A stretch of DNA of 64,000 nt from an uncultured Gammaproteobacteria bacterium. GTDB taxonomy: Bacteria; Patescibacteriota; Microgenomatia; UBA8517. Where the stretch lies: assembly GCA_964645605.1 (NCBI GenBank), contig CAZYCE010000001.1, positions 63 through 64,062 of the forward strand, given 5' to 3'. The notes below the pieces were generated by a model. It worked only from the letters and a program-made list of their open reading frames with translations, was not told where the DNA came from and searched no databases. Position 1 is the stretch's first letter; every line of letters begins with the position of its first letter. Made by a program: the position numbers and the translations under genes. This document shows positions 9,254 through 18,598 of this stretch, in pieces.

Positions 9254-9866
9254 GATTCATTTGTTCCGACCCGGGAACTTCTTTTTTCTTTTCTTCCTCC
9301 ATTTTACTCAATATTTCCTTCAATTGATAGAAGTCGTTCTTTTCCGACTCCATCACATTGCCGTTTCTTAAAGCCGCCGCAGGGTGGTACATCGGAATTA
9401 CCACGATATTTCTGCCCTTCCAAAAAACATTTTGTTTCTTGCCGTGTACCTCTGAAATAAAAACGTTTGGTAAGAATTTTGCCATAGAAAATCTTCCCAG
9501 AGTGATAATCACTTCAGGATTAATTATTTCAATTATTTTATCCAAATATTTTCCATACGCCGCAATCTCATCCGGCTCCGGGTCGCGATTTTCCGGAGGC
9601 CTATGGTGAACAATGTTAGTTATAAAAACATCCTTCCTTTGTAAACCAGCCAATGGAAAAAGTTTATCCAACAATTTACCGGCTTGTCCGACAAAAGGAA
9701 TTCCCTGCCGATCCTCATTAAACCCGGGTCCCTCCCCGATGCAAAGAATTTTTGCCTTAGTATTGCCGGTACCAAAAACTAATTTCGTGGCCCCTTTTCT
9801 GAGAGGGAGTGTGTCATCCTTCTCCATTTCTTTTTCCAGCTTATGAAGTTCTTCAAAATTGCTCAT
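9246..9866 (-). CDS. Uracil-DNA glycosylase, family 4 type
   Basis: The family-4 UDG motifs GEGPGFNEDRQGIPFVGQAGKLLDKL and HPAAALRN are present. The gene overlaps rnj by 8 nt. Confidence 0.8.
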   Translation of the reverse strand: MSNFEELHKLEKEMEKDDTLPLRKGATKLVFGTGNTKAKILCIGEGPGFNEDRQGIPFVGQAGKLLDKLFPLAGLQRKDVFITNIVHHRPPENRDPEPDEIAAYGKYLDKIIEIINPEVIITLGRFSMAKFLPNVFISEVHGKKQNVFWKGRNIVVIPMYHPAAALRNGNVMESEKNDFYQLKEILSKMEEEKKKEVPGSEQMNLV

Positions 9867-10338
9867 TTTCGTTTATAAATTCTACTTTGTTTTTGACAGT
9901 GTCATAAATCGCAAAATTGATTCCGGTAACTGTTGCTCCGGGACGGACTATCTTAACTGGTGTTTCCACACTTTCATACTTTGAATGGTAATGCCCGTTT
10001 ATTATTAAATCCAATTTTTTTCCGCCAAAATATTTTTTATTATCGGAGGGTTTATGAGTAATTCCGATGTTCCTCCCGCCCAAATTAATTATTAAAAAAT
10101 TTTCGTTAAATTCTTTCGCCTTTTTCTTTAAATCACTTATCAATTCCGGACTAATATCTGCATTACCCAATACTGTATAAAGGGGAATTCCTGAAAGTCT
10201 GACTATCTCAACTGATGTTGACGTATCCCAATCTCCCGCGTGGATAATCGCGGAAACGCCATATTTTTCGACAAATTCCACAATGTGTCTTAAATTTGCG
10301 ATGTGCCCATGTGAATCGGAAATAATCAAAACTTTCAT
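9853..10338 (-). CDS. Metallophosphoesterase (YfcE/MJ0936-like)
   Basis: The protein has VLIISDSHGH, GD.D and GHYH motifs of the calcineurin-like phosphoesterase superfamily. 161 aa. Confidence 0.7.
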   Translation of the reverse strand: MKVLIISDSHGHIANLRHIVEFVEKYGVSAIIHAGDWDTSTSVEIVRLSGIPLYTVLGNADISPELISDLKKKAKEFNENFLIINLGGRNIGITHKPSDNKKYFGGKKLDLIINGHYHSKYESVETPVKIVRPGATVTGINFAIYDTVKNKVEFINENEQF

Positions 10339-10354
10339 AACAACCTATTGTATA

Positions 10355-11401
10355 TTACTGAGGCAAAAACTCCTTGATGTTGCCGGGTGTTACATGAACC
10401 GACTGGGCCTTACCTTCAACAATCATTTTTGCGACTTTTCGGACAATATTGTCGATATTGCGCTCAAGCGTACGGATACCGGCATCGTACCCGAGAGGTC
10501 TCACAATATTTGCCCAAACGGCATCATCAACCGTCAAACTCCCTTGTGGAAGTCCCGCAGCTTTCATCGAGACGGGCAGGATATATTTCTGAGCAATTGT
10601 AATTTTTTCGGCGTCAGTATAACTCGGCATAGAAATTGGTTCGAGTCTATCCATGACGGCTGTTGCAATATTTGTAGTATTGTTAGCAGTTGCAATAAAA
10701 AGTGTCTCCGAAAGATCAAAAGGAAAGTCGATGTAGTGATCCATAAAACTGTAGTTTTGTTTAGGATCCAAAAGTTCAACCAAAACACCCATTATCGAGC
10801 TTCTTCCCTCGTCGGTAACTCTGTCTATTTCATCAAGAAGAATGACCGGATTTTTGCTTTGGGTATCGCGAAGTGCCTTAATTATTTTTCCGGGTTCCGC
10901 CTCAGGATGCATCCTGCTTTGTCCACGAAGATCAAGCGGATCTCCCATCCCCCCAAAAGGAATTCTGGCGATGGGGCGCCCTAATGCCTCCGCAATAGAA
11001 TACGCAATTGTTGTTTTTCCCGTACCCACCAGGCCCACAAAACAAAGGATGGGGGCTCTATAAATATCCGCACCTTCTCCTCTTTCCTGTTTGAGTTTCA
11101 TCACACTCATGTATTCCAACACACGTGTTTTTATTTCGGCCAATCCAAAATGGTGCCTCTCTAAAATTATTTTTGCATTTTCCAAATCCAGTGTGTCTGG
11201 GGTCCTATTATTCCAGGGAAGGGACGTAATCCAGCCAATATATCTTTCCATGCTGTCAAATTCCGGCAAAAATGAGGGTGAATTTGTAAGTTTTGAAAGC
11301 TGCCCCAAACGCACCAAAACAAGTTCACGAAGCTTATCGGGTAAGCTTGCGGATTTAACTTTTTCTATCAGAGCAGTAATCTCTTGGGCAGCTGAATCCA
11401 T
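10355..11401 (-). CDS. Lon-like AAA+ ATPase module without a protease domain
   Basis: The Walker A region ILCFVGLVGTGKTTIAYSIAEALGRPIARIPFGGMGDPLDLRGQSRMHPEAEPGKIIKALR and the Walker B motif VILLDEIDR are nearly collinear with the LonA ATPase domain. The ORF ends after the alpha-helical lid (RTLERNIDNIVRKVAK...). No Ser-Lys protease domain follows. Confidence 0.7.
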   Translation of the reverse strand: MDSAAQEITALIEKVKSASLPDKLRELVLVRLGQLSKLTNSPSFLPEFDSMERYIGWITSLPWNNRTPDTLDLENAKIILERHHFGLAEIKTRVLEYMSVMKLKQERGEGADIYRAPILCFVGLVGTGKTTIAYSIAEALGRPIARIPFGGMGDPLDLRGQSRMHPEAEPGKIIKALRDTQSKNPVILLDEIDRVTDEGRSSIMGVLVELLDPKQNYSFMDHYIDFPFDLSETLFIATANNTTNIATAVMDRLEPISMPSYTDAEKITIAQKYILPVSMKAAGLPQGSLTVDDAVWANIVRPLGYDAGIRTLERNIDNIVRKVAKMIVEGKAQSVHVTPGNIKEFLPQ

Positions 11402-11490
11402 GTTTTTAAATTAACAATTTACAATTATCAATTTACAATGAATAGGCAATTAATTCAATTTACAAAAAGTATCTGGTGTAAAATTAGCAA

Positions 11491-12261
11491 ATGGAACCGA
11501 TGGGCGAGATTATGCAAACTTCCGAAATTGGTTTTAATATTCCAATTAGTGATTCGAGAAAAGAAAAAGATTCAGGGCAGCAATTGGCAATCAGCGAAAG
11601 GTTTAAAAAAGATAAAGTTGATCTGGCACTAAACAAAACTAAACAATTTTTAGGCAAATACTCCTCAGTTAAACTTCAAGAATTGTCTGTTAATCTAATT
11701 GATGGAAAAATTGGCGAAGGGCAATTAATTAGAAACAAAGATACTAATTCACCAATAATCGAGCTTCAATTGCCAACTGGTGAAAATGCCAATACAGAGA
11801 TTGATTTATCATTAGGAACCTTATTAAGTAATCTAGGTCGTGACGAGAAAAAAGAAAAATGTAAAGAAATTTCCGAGGCCTTAGTCGTTTCAACAATTCT
11901 CCATGAGGGGGTTCATGGTCTTTTAGTAAGTAGACCGGATTCTCAATTTGCTCAAGATTTAGAGGCTGTTATGGAATTTCCAAATGAAAATGGGAAAACT
12001 TCCACTCTTCTTGATGAAGGAATTGCGTATGCCATACAGGGAATTTATGCTCCAAATATCAAGCCACTTGGTAGTCTCGCGCCAGTTACCAAGGATACGG
12101 ATGAAAAGATTGTACAACAAAGAAAAATATTAGGTGAAAAACTGAGACCAATTGTTAAGGATTATATTGACTCTGGCATATCGATTGATGATAACTTTTT
12201 TGAAACGGCAAAAAATGCAATTATTGAGGTGACCACAAGCCCTGCCTTAGCTACTATTTGA
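11491..12261 (+). CDS. Hypothetical protein with an HExxH motif (possible zincin-like metallopeptidase)
   Basis: 256-aa ORF. It is the only plus-strand gene between two minus-strand arrays. It contains STILHEGVHGLL (HEGVH). I recognise no other family features. Confidence 0.4.
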   Translation: MEPMGEIMQTSEIGFNIPISDSRKEKDSGQQLAISERFKKDKVDLALNKTKQFLGKYSSVKLQELSVNLIDGKIGEGQLIRNKDTNSPIIELQLPTGENANTEIDLSLGTLLSNLGRDEKKEKCKEISEALVVSTILHEGVHGLLVSRPDSQFAQDLEAVMEFPNENGKTSTLLDEGIAYAIQGIYAPNIKPLGSLAPVTKDTDEKIVQQRKILGEKLRPIVKDYIDSGISIDDNFFETAKNAIIEVTTSPALATI

Positions 12262-12332
12262 ATAACTTATTTGTTGTCTCACCCAATTTTCCCTAAAAGT
12301 TTTAAGAACCTTTTTCATCGAATTAAATCAAG

Positions 12333-13304
12333 TCATTTCCAAATCTCTGTCGCAATTCGAATTCCGTCTTTCCCGGATTTAAACCAAAAATCATTTTCAG
12401 GCAACGTTGTTCCCTTGACCTTCTCTCTTGTGGCTCCGATTATGTGCATTGTATGGGCAAGTTTTAGATATGTAGGAAGTATTTCTATTTCCTCCTTTTC
12501 AAGTTCGGTAATTTTTTGATACTCTTTCAAAGCAAGATTGTAATTATATAAATATTTCTTTTCGTCTCTCACAAAAAATAAATCGCAAAGAAGTATGGCT
12601 AACTCTTGGATTCTCGGATAGACATTGCCAACAGCGAAATCAATTATATAGAGTTTTCCATCTTTTGCTTTTATTACATTTGTCGAGATTATATCTCCAT
12701 GCACAAAACAACGTGGAAGTTTATCAATTTCCAATTTAGGAAAGAGTTTTGCCAGAGGTTCTATATATACCAAATCTTTTTTATCCAAATAATTTTGGAC
12801 ATTTTTATATTCTTTTAGAAAGTTGGGGATTGCCCAGCTATCGTAAACAAATTTGGGTCGTAAATTTAATTTGTTTATTTTTGCTGCTTGTTGAGACAAA
12901 AAAATCATTTCATCATTATTTGGTTTTTCGCCGAGTTTATAAAAATCTGAGCCATCTATATAATCCATTACCACCAATCTAATCTTTTTATTTTCCAATA
13001 CAGTAGAATACAAGTCGCCTTTCGGTCCTTTATAAAGTTTTGGGTGTGAAATTTTATTATCCAGTGCAGCACGAATTGTTTTAGCGTATTGTTCCGCTTC
13101 CTCATCAGATCTAAACGAAGCCATTGCCTTGATCAAATATTTTCCTGTATTGGTTTCTAAAACCACATTGAAATCCTCATAACCCTGAAGAATCGGCTTG
13201 TAAGAGATTAATTTCCCCAATTGATAATCTGTGGTTACCAACTCGAACAATTTTCCAAGGTCACCCAGATATTCAATACGACTTTGAAAGGAAACTTCTT
13301 TCAT
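12333..13304 (-). CDS. Phosphotransferase-family kinase (aminoglycoside/choline/homoserine kinase-like fold)
   Basis: The catalytic-loop region FVHGDIISTNVIKAKDGKLYIIDFAVGN contains the H-G-D...N and D-F motifs of the APH/ChoK family. 323 aa. Confidence 0.55.
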   Translation of the reverse strand: MKEVSFQSRIEYLGDLGKLFELVTTDYQLGKLISYKPILQGYEDFNVVLETNTGKYLIKAMASFRSDEEAEQYAKTIRAALDNKISHPKLYKGPKGDLYSTVLENKKIRLVVMDYIDGSDFYKLGEKPNNDEMIFLSQQAAKINKLNLRPKFVYDSWAIPNFLKEYKNVQNYLDKKDLVYIEPLAKLFPKLEIDKLPRCFVHGDIISTNVIKAKDGKLYIIDFAVGNVYPRIQELAILLCDLFFVRDEKKYLYNYNLALKEYQKITELEKEEIEILPTYLKLAHTMHIIGATREKVKGTTLPENDFWFKSGKDGIRIATEIWK

Positions 13305-13339
13305 AAGGAGATTATAACAAGAACTTAGTAAACTTATCT

Positions 13340-15655
13340 TTAGAAGTCTTTCTTTTCACTAACAAGTCTTGAGGTTGGAAAATGGGGACCACCGGACCTA
13401 TCGGAATTAGATGAAAAACCGCCACGGGAGGGACCCCTGTCTCTACCTCTTGAAAATCCGCCTCGGGATCCGCCCCTCGAGAAACTTCCACGGTTTCCTC
13501 CACCGAATCCGCCTCGGGATCCGCCTCTATCTCCGCCAAAACCTCCGCGGGGTCTTTCTTCTCTGGGCTTATCCTTGGACGGATCCATATTCATAGAAAG
13601 ATTGATTCTTCCCTGGTCATCAATTTCTTTAACCCTGACCTGAACTTTTTGTCCTATATGGACTACGTCTCCCGCATCCTTAACAAAACCTTCCTGGCCC
13701 ATATCAGCTACGTGCACCATTCCGTCTTTCCCGGGCAAAATATTTACGAATGCTCCAAAAGGCATGAGTCTTACAACTTCGCCTTCATAGATTTCCCCCG
13801 CTTTAACCTCTTTTGCAAAACCCTCTACCCAAGCGATTGCGGCCTGCATCTTTTCAGGATCAACTCCGGAAACGCTTACTCCGCCATCATCATTTACATC
13901 GATCTGGGTTCCGGTATCGGCCATCAATTTCTTGATATTTTTGCCCGAAGGCCCTATAAATTCGCCTATTCTATCAATCGGAATCTTTACAACTTTAATT
14001 TTTGGTGCATACTTAGAAACAACCTTTCTTGGTTCCGGAAGGGTTGCAAGAATTTTCTTCATGATCTCAGCTCTTGCCTCTCTTGCCTGAGCAAGACCTT
14101 TTTCCAAAACTTCAGAGGTGATATTTAGAGCTTTACAATCCATCTGAAGGGCAGTAATGCCTGCATCGGTTCCCGCAACTTTAAAATCCATATCTCCGTT
14201 AAAATCCTCGATTCCCATCAGGTCTGTCAGGACTGCGAACTTTTCGGGTGTTTCGATGATAAGTCCCATGGCAATTCCGGCAACCGGAGATTTGATTGGA
14301 ACTCCCGCATCCATCAAAGAAAGAGTAGATCCAACCACAGAGGCCATTGATGTGGAACCATTTGAACTCATAACCTCGGAGACAACCCTGATTGCGTAAG
14401 GAAACTCTTCCTGTGAAGGAATAACCGGCAAAAGCGCCCGCTCTGCTAAGGCTCCATGGCCAATCTCACGCCTGTTCGGAGATCCGATTCGTCCCGCCTC
14501 TCCTGTCGCATAAGGAGGCATCGAGTAATGATGCATGTAGTGTTTTTCTTCCTCGCCTTCGGCACTCTCCAAAAGCTGTCCCATTGATTCGGATCCAAGA
14601 GTAACGACCGACATGACCTGTGTTTGTCCTCTGGAAAATATCGCACTTCCGTGGGTTCTAGGTAAAACTCCCACTTCAGCGGTAAGTTTTCTAAGTTCGG
14701 TTAATTTCCTACCGTCAGGTCTTACACCTTTTTCTAAAATTTGTTCTCTTATATAGTTTTTCTTCATATGATCGACTATGCCTAAAACAAATTTCCTGTC
14801 TTCCTCTTTTTCAAACTGAGCCTTTATTGCCTCAATAAATTCTGAATATTCGTCTGATGGTCCCTCATGATTAGCCATGTTTTTAACCAAAACTGCCATT
14901 TTATCTCCGACCAATTTTTTAACTTGATTTTCTAGGTCACTTGAGGGTTTCTCTTCCCTATAAACTTCGCGTTTAACTCCTTTTTCGGTAGCCATTTCTT
15001 CTATCAACTTCAAAACGGCCTTGCTTTCCTTTTCGGCAAACCTGATTCCGCCGATTATTTGCTCCTCCGTAACTTCACTTGCCCCTGCCTCTACCATTAA
15101 AACCGCATCCTTTGTTGAAGAAACGGTCAAATCCATCGGAGAAGTTTCTAAATCTGTCGATGTAGGATTAACCAAATAACTATCGTCCTTCATTCCGACA
15201 GAAAGAGGGGCAACTGGGCCTTTCCAGGGAAGATCTGTTAAATGGATTGCCGCAGATGCCGCAATGGCACCTAGTATTTTAGGATCGTTTTCTCCGTCAA
15301 CAGAAAGAACCATAACAATGAGCTGAACTTCTTTTTTGTAAGTTTTGGGGAAAAGGGGACGGATTGAACGATCGATCAAGCGTCCTGCTAATATTTCCTC
15401 GTCGGTTGGGCGGCCCTCGCGCTTTACCCAACGACTGCCTTTAATGCGGCCTCCAGCGTAAAGTCTTTCCTGATAATCTACGGAGAGCGGAAAATAATCC
15501 ATCTCCATTTTAAGGGGGGCTACGGCAACAGTAGCGAGCACCACGGTATCACCCATTCTTGCCAAAACCTCTCCGGCAGCTTGTTCTGCCAGGGTTCCTG
15601 TGGTTAAGGTAAGTGTACGTCCACCCAACTGCATGGACTTCTCAATTTTATTCAT
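13340..15655 (-). CDS. pnp: Polyribonucleotide nucleotidyltransferase (PNPase) with a C-terminal Arg/Gly-rich tail
   Basis: Two RNase PH domains, a KH domain and an S1 domain (GEIYEGEVVRLMPFGAFVNI). The C-terminal ~70 aa consists of RGG/RGGF repeats. Confidence 0.9.
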   Translation of the reverse strand: MNKIEKSMQLGGRTLTLTTGTLAEQAAGEVLARMGDTVVLATVAVAPLKMEMDYFPLSVDYQERLYAGGRIKGSRWVKREGRPTDEEILAGRLIDRSIRPLFPKTYKKEVQLIVMVLSVDGENDPKILGAIAASAAIHLTDLPWKGPVAPLSVGMKDDSYLVNPTSTDLETSPMDLTVSSTKDAVLMVEAGASEVTEEQIIGGIRFAEKESKAVLKLIEEMATEKGVKREVYREEKPSSDLENQVKKLVGDKMAVLVKNMANHEGPSDEYSEFIEAIKAQFEKEEDRKFVLGIVDHMKKNYIREQILEKGVRPDGRKLTELRKLTAEVGVLPRTHGSAIFSRGQTQVMSVVTLGSESMGQLLESAEGEEEKHYMHHYSMPPYATGEAGRIGSPNRREIGHGALAERALLPVIPSQEEFPYAIRVVSEVMSSNGSTSMASVVGSTLSLMDAGVPIKSPVAGIAMGLIIETPEKFAVLTDLMGIEDFNGDMDFKVAGTDAGITALQMDCKALNITSEVLEKGLAQAREARAEIMKKILATLPEPRKVVSKYAPKIKVVKIPIDRIGEFIGPSGKNIKKLMADTGTQIDVNDDGGVSVSGVDPEKMQAAIAWVEGFAKEVKAGEIYEGEVVRLMPFGAFVNILPGKDGMVHVADMGQEGFVKDAGDVVHIGQKVQVRVKEIDDQGRINLSMNMDPSKDKPREERPRGGFGGDRGGSRGGFGGGNRGSFSRGGSRGGFSRGRDRGPSRGGFSSNSDRSGGPHFPTSRLVSEKKDF

Positions 15656-15747
15656 ATTATTCTTAATATTTATTATTTAAAACTTGCCTGCCCGCAAATT
15701 TATTTGTGTAAAATTACTGACAAAGTTTTATATTATTGTTCAATTTT

Positions 15748-16017
15748 CTATTTATCCAACTTTAACTCTGTGAGGAGTTTTTTGTAGCGTTCTTCATCGC
15801 GCCTGCGTAAATAGCTTAGGAGCCTTCTTCTTTTTGCTACCATCGAAAGAAGTCCGCGACGACTATGCACATCTTTTTTGTGTTCTTTTAAATGCAAAAC
15901 TAACTTATCAATCTGTACCGAAAGAAGCGCAATCTGCACTTCAGGAGAACCTGTATCACCCTCTTCTCGAGCAAATTTCTTTATTACGTCTACTTTTTCG
16001 TCTTTTGCTAATGCCAT
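15748..16017 (-). CDS. rpsO: 30S ribosomal protein S15
   Basis: [70 protein letters not shown] matches S15. The ORF-track entry extends 23 codons further upstream; I place the start at the internal Met (complement of 16015-16017). Confidence 0.9.
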   Translation of the reverse strand: MALAKDEKVDVIKKFAREEGDTGSPEVQIALLSVQIDKLVLHLKEHKKDVHSRRGLLSMVAKRRRLLSYLRRRDEERYKKLLTELKLDK

Positions 16018-16115
16018 ATTGTCATGTGGTGCAAAGTGAGGATACTTCCAATCCAAACCTTGCAAACATCTTGTGAATAATACCACAGCCTCCGGAAAAA
16101 AGCAAAGCTCAAAAT

Positions 16116-17042
16116 TTAGTTTACGTTTGTCCCTTTATAGATTTTTGGCTGGAGCCAATCGGATGGAGGGTTTACCTCCGCAGCCTCCTGGCCGGCTTCT
16201 TCGTTTTGTGTTTCTGCCTGTGTTTCAATCCGAGAAATCGGTGTTACCGGCAGGGTCGGACTTGAGACGGCGGATCCTCCGAATGGCTTTGTTGGAATCG
16301 CCCCTGGCGGAAAATTTGCGGGACTCAACCTAACTCTTGGCATACGCTGCCCCCCGTTTCTCAAAAGGTAAGCAAATGTCTCAAATGTCTCGGGTTTAAT
16401 TTCGGAGCTTGCAAAGTGTTCACTACCCTCCTCAATGCCCATAGCCAAATTTGTAGCTACGTCGGAATCAATCGGCAGAGTATTTTCCTTGATGATATCC
16501 GCAGCCAGTTCGCTTGCCGTTGAGACGGGACGAGCAAAAGACATAATCTCATGTTTGGAATCAAGTGCACGTGTGCCGATATGGACTATTTTTGCGTCTG
16601 CCAAATCGGGAATATCAAGGATCGGGAAATGAGAATCATTTGCCCCACCAATTAAAATTACAAGATCTGCAGCAAATCCCGAATAGTCCATCGTAATTTG
16701 CTCTTTCTGTGGGGCGACAAAACCGCTTTTGGGGGTAACGGTAAGTTTAAATTCTCCGTTTTCAATATCATAACCTACTTTATCGATTTTTGTTGCATCG
16801 TAATTTATGAATCTTATTGTCAGATTTTTCTTGCCCAATTCCTGGGTGATTTTGTCAACTCCGATAATTCTACTAAAACCAACCATCATTGGGCTAGGAC
16901 AGTATATTAAGGAGTCTTTTCTCTCACGGATTGAAAGATAGAGGGCTAGTCCTGCGGCGACCTGGTCAAAATATGGTTTGGTCGGCAACACGACAAGGAC
17001 GGACGAAGAAGCATCTATTAGCGATAAAAGACTGTTTTCCAT
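16116..17042 (-). CDS. DHH/DHHA1-like protein (NrnA-like) with partly degenerate catalytic motifs
   Basis: The layout resembles NrnA-type DHH proteins ([22 protein letters not shown]; [13 protein letters not shown]; NGGQ near the C-terminus). The canonical DHH and GGGH motifs are not intact. The gene sits between infB and rpsO, the same position that holds NrnA in the mycobacterial infB-rbfA-nrnA arrangement. Confidence 0.35.
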   Translation of the reverse strand: MENSLLSLIDASSSVLVVLPTKPYFDQVAAGLALYLSIRERKDSLIYCPSPMMVGFSRIIGVDKITQELGKKNLTIRFINYDATKIDKVGYDIENGEFKLTVTPKSGFVAPQKEQITMDYSGFAADLVILIGGANDSHFPILDIPDLADAKIVHIGTRALDSKHEIMSFARPVSTASELAADIIKENTLPIDSDVATNLAMGIEEGSEHFASSEIKPETFETFAYLLRNGGQRMPRVRLSPANFPPGAIPTKPFGGSAVSSPTLPVTPISRIETQAETQNEEAGQEAAEVNPPSDWLQPKIYKGTNVN

Positions 17043-17093
17043 TTATTTATTATTTTTGTAGATTGATGGAGCAGATACCAAATTAAACAAAAA

Positions 17094-18509
17094 TTATTTC
17101 GAAACCGATAGTAACATATCCCCAATCGCAAAATCAAGTTGGGGATCAATTATTACACCAAATTCTTCAGATTGACCTACGGAAGGAACCTCGGCTTTTT
17201 GTTTTCTTATTGATACTGCCTTACCTCTTCCGATCACTTTTTCTTCCCTTTGAAGGATCAAAATATCCCCTTTTGATATTCGCCCGGAAGTCACCCTACA
17301 ACCCGCAACTTTTTTGTTATCAAACGGAAATGAGGCTAAAATTTCGGCTTTCCCTAAAATTTCAACTCTACCCTTTTTCAAAATTTCTTCCAATCTCTGT
17401 AAAAGATCGTAAATAATTTGAAAGCGCTCAACTTTTATTTTTTCGGCCTCGGCAAGTCTCACTATTTCTGCCGGAATTTTACTTTCAAAAGCGAATACGT
17501 AAGCGTTCCCAGTTTTGGCATCAATTATGTCGCCACTGGTAACGTCACCAATCCCGCTTCCAACAACCACAACTTTTGGCGGAAGCGCGGCAATTATCGC
17601 CTCAAGAGACCCCGCGTTATCCGCTTTAATAATCACAGGTATCTCATCGTCCTGCAATCGTCTTGCATCCCAAATATTTTTTGCAGGCGGTGTAGGTTTT
17701 GAACTTATCGAAAGATTTCTTGTTACTCTCGCACCCACTGGAGGAACGTCCGAAAATCCCAGAATTCTAGCCGGAAACCCCGGCAATACTTCCTTAGTGT
17801 TTTTTCCTCTTTCATCAAAAAGGGCTTTTACCTTACCCTCCACTTTTTCGGCAAAAATGGTCTGTCCAATTTTTATGCTCCCGTTTCTAATTATAACCGT
17901 AGCGGTAGGACCTACTTTGTCCTTGCCGGACTCGATAATAACGGCTTCAAGATCCGCACCCGGATCCCCTTTAAGTTCGGCAACATCTGCCATAAGGGTA
18001 AGCATTTCCAAAAGCTCGCTTATTCCTACATTGGTTTTTGCCGAAACCGAAACGAAAGGAACATCTCCTCCACGGCCTTCAAAAAACACGCTTTCTTTCT
18101 CAAGCTGTCCTTTGAGTACCTCAGGATTTGTGCCGACAATATCAGCCTTCGTACCGGCAACGATAAAGGGTAATCCGGCCCGTTTTATAATTTCCAGGGC
18201 CTCTTTTGTTTGAGGTTGAATCCCGTCGTCCTGAGCAACTACCAAAACCGCGATATCGGCAACATTCGCACCCCTCCCTCTCATTTTAGCAAAGGCGGCA
18301 TGTCCCGGAGTATCAATAAACGTAATTTTTTTACCGTCTTTTGTTTCTATTGTGGAAGCACCAATACTTTGGGTAATTCCTCCGGCCTCTTCAGCTGTAA
18401 CGTTAGTTTTTCTTATGGCATCCAGTAAAGTTGTTTTTCCATGATCAACATGCCCCAAAACAACAACTATTGGGGGTCTGTCCATGTTTTGTAAATTAGT
18501 TTTTTCCAT
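17094..18509 (-). CDS. infB: Translation initiation factor IF-2, short form lacking the N-terminal extension
   Basis: The protein starts almost directly at the G-domain (PPIVVVLGHVDHGKTTLLDAIRKT). Domain II and the C-terminal domains are present. 471 aa. Confidence 0.85.
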   Translation of the reverse strand: MEKTNLQNMDRPPIVVVLGHVDHGKTTLLDAIRKTNVTAEEAGGITQSIGASTIETKDGKKITFIDTPGHAAFAKMRGRGANVADIAVLVVAQDDGIQPQTKEALEIIKRAGLPFIVAGTKADIVGTNPEVLKGQLEKESVFFEGRGGDVPFVSVSAKTNVGISELLEMLTLMADVAELKGDPGADLEAVIIESGKDKVGPTATVIIRNGSIKIGQTIFAEKVEGKVKALFDERGKNTKEVLPGFPARILGFSDVPPVGARVTRNLSISSKPTPPAKNIWDARRLQDDEIPVIIKADNAGSLEAIIAALPPKVVVVGSGIGDVTSGDIIDAKTGNAYVFAFESKIPAEIVRLAEAEKIKVERFQIIYDLLQRLEEILKKGRVEILGKAEILASFPFDNKKVAGCRVTSGRISKGDILILQREEKVIGRGKAVSIRKQKAEVPSVGQSEEFGVIIDPQLDFAIGDMLLSVSK

Positions 18510-18598
18510 ACAATTTCATACTCCACCCGATATAAGGACCTAGGGTTTAGGAGAGAAAAACTAAAGAAGATTTGATTAAAAAGGGTAGAAAGAATTTT

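Noticed and set aside
15748-16086. N-terminal extensions of the ORF-track entries for rpsO (start at 16086) and murJ (start at 25794)
   Set aside because: The conserved S15 sequence begins at the internal MALAKDE (start at 16017). MurJ homology begins at MENLIVKGKK (start at 25746). The upstream extensions are unconserved read-through to the first in-frame ATG.
17515-18213. 232-aa plus-strand ORF, and other long antisense ORFs such as 24023-24637 (+), 28301-28891 (-), 30345-30848 (-), 52308-52874 (-), 57802-58392 (+) and 63324-63944 (-)
   Set aside because: Each lies entirely inside, and antisense to, a well-supported conserved gene (infB, murJ, the Fn3 surface protein, the Cys-rich protein, the GT4 transferase, groEL, vanW/tsaC). 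Their translations are low-complexity Ser/Pro/Thr/Gly strings. These are shadow ORFs and not genes.
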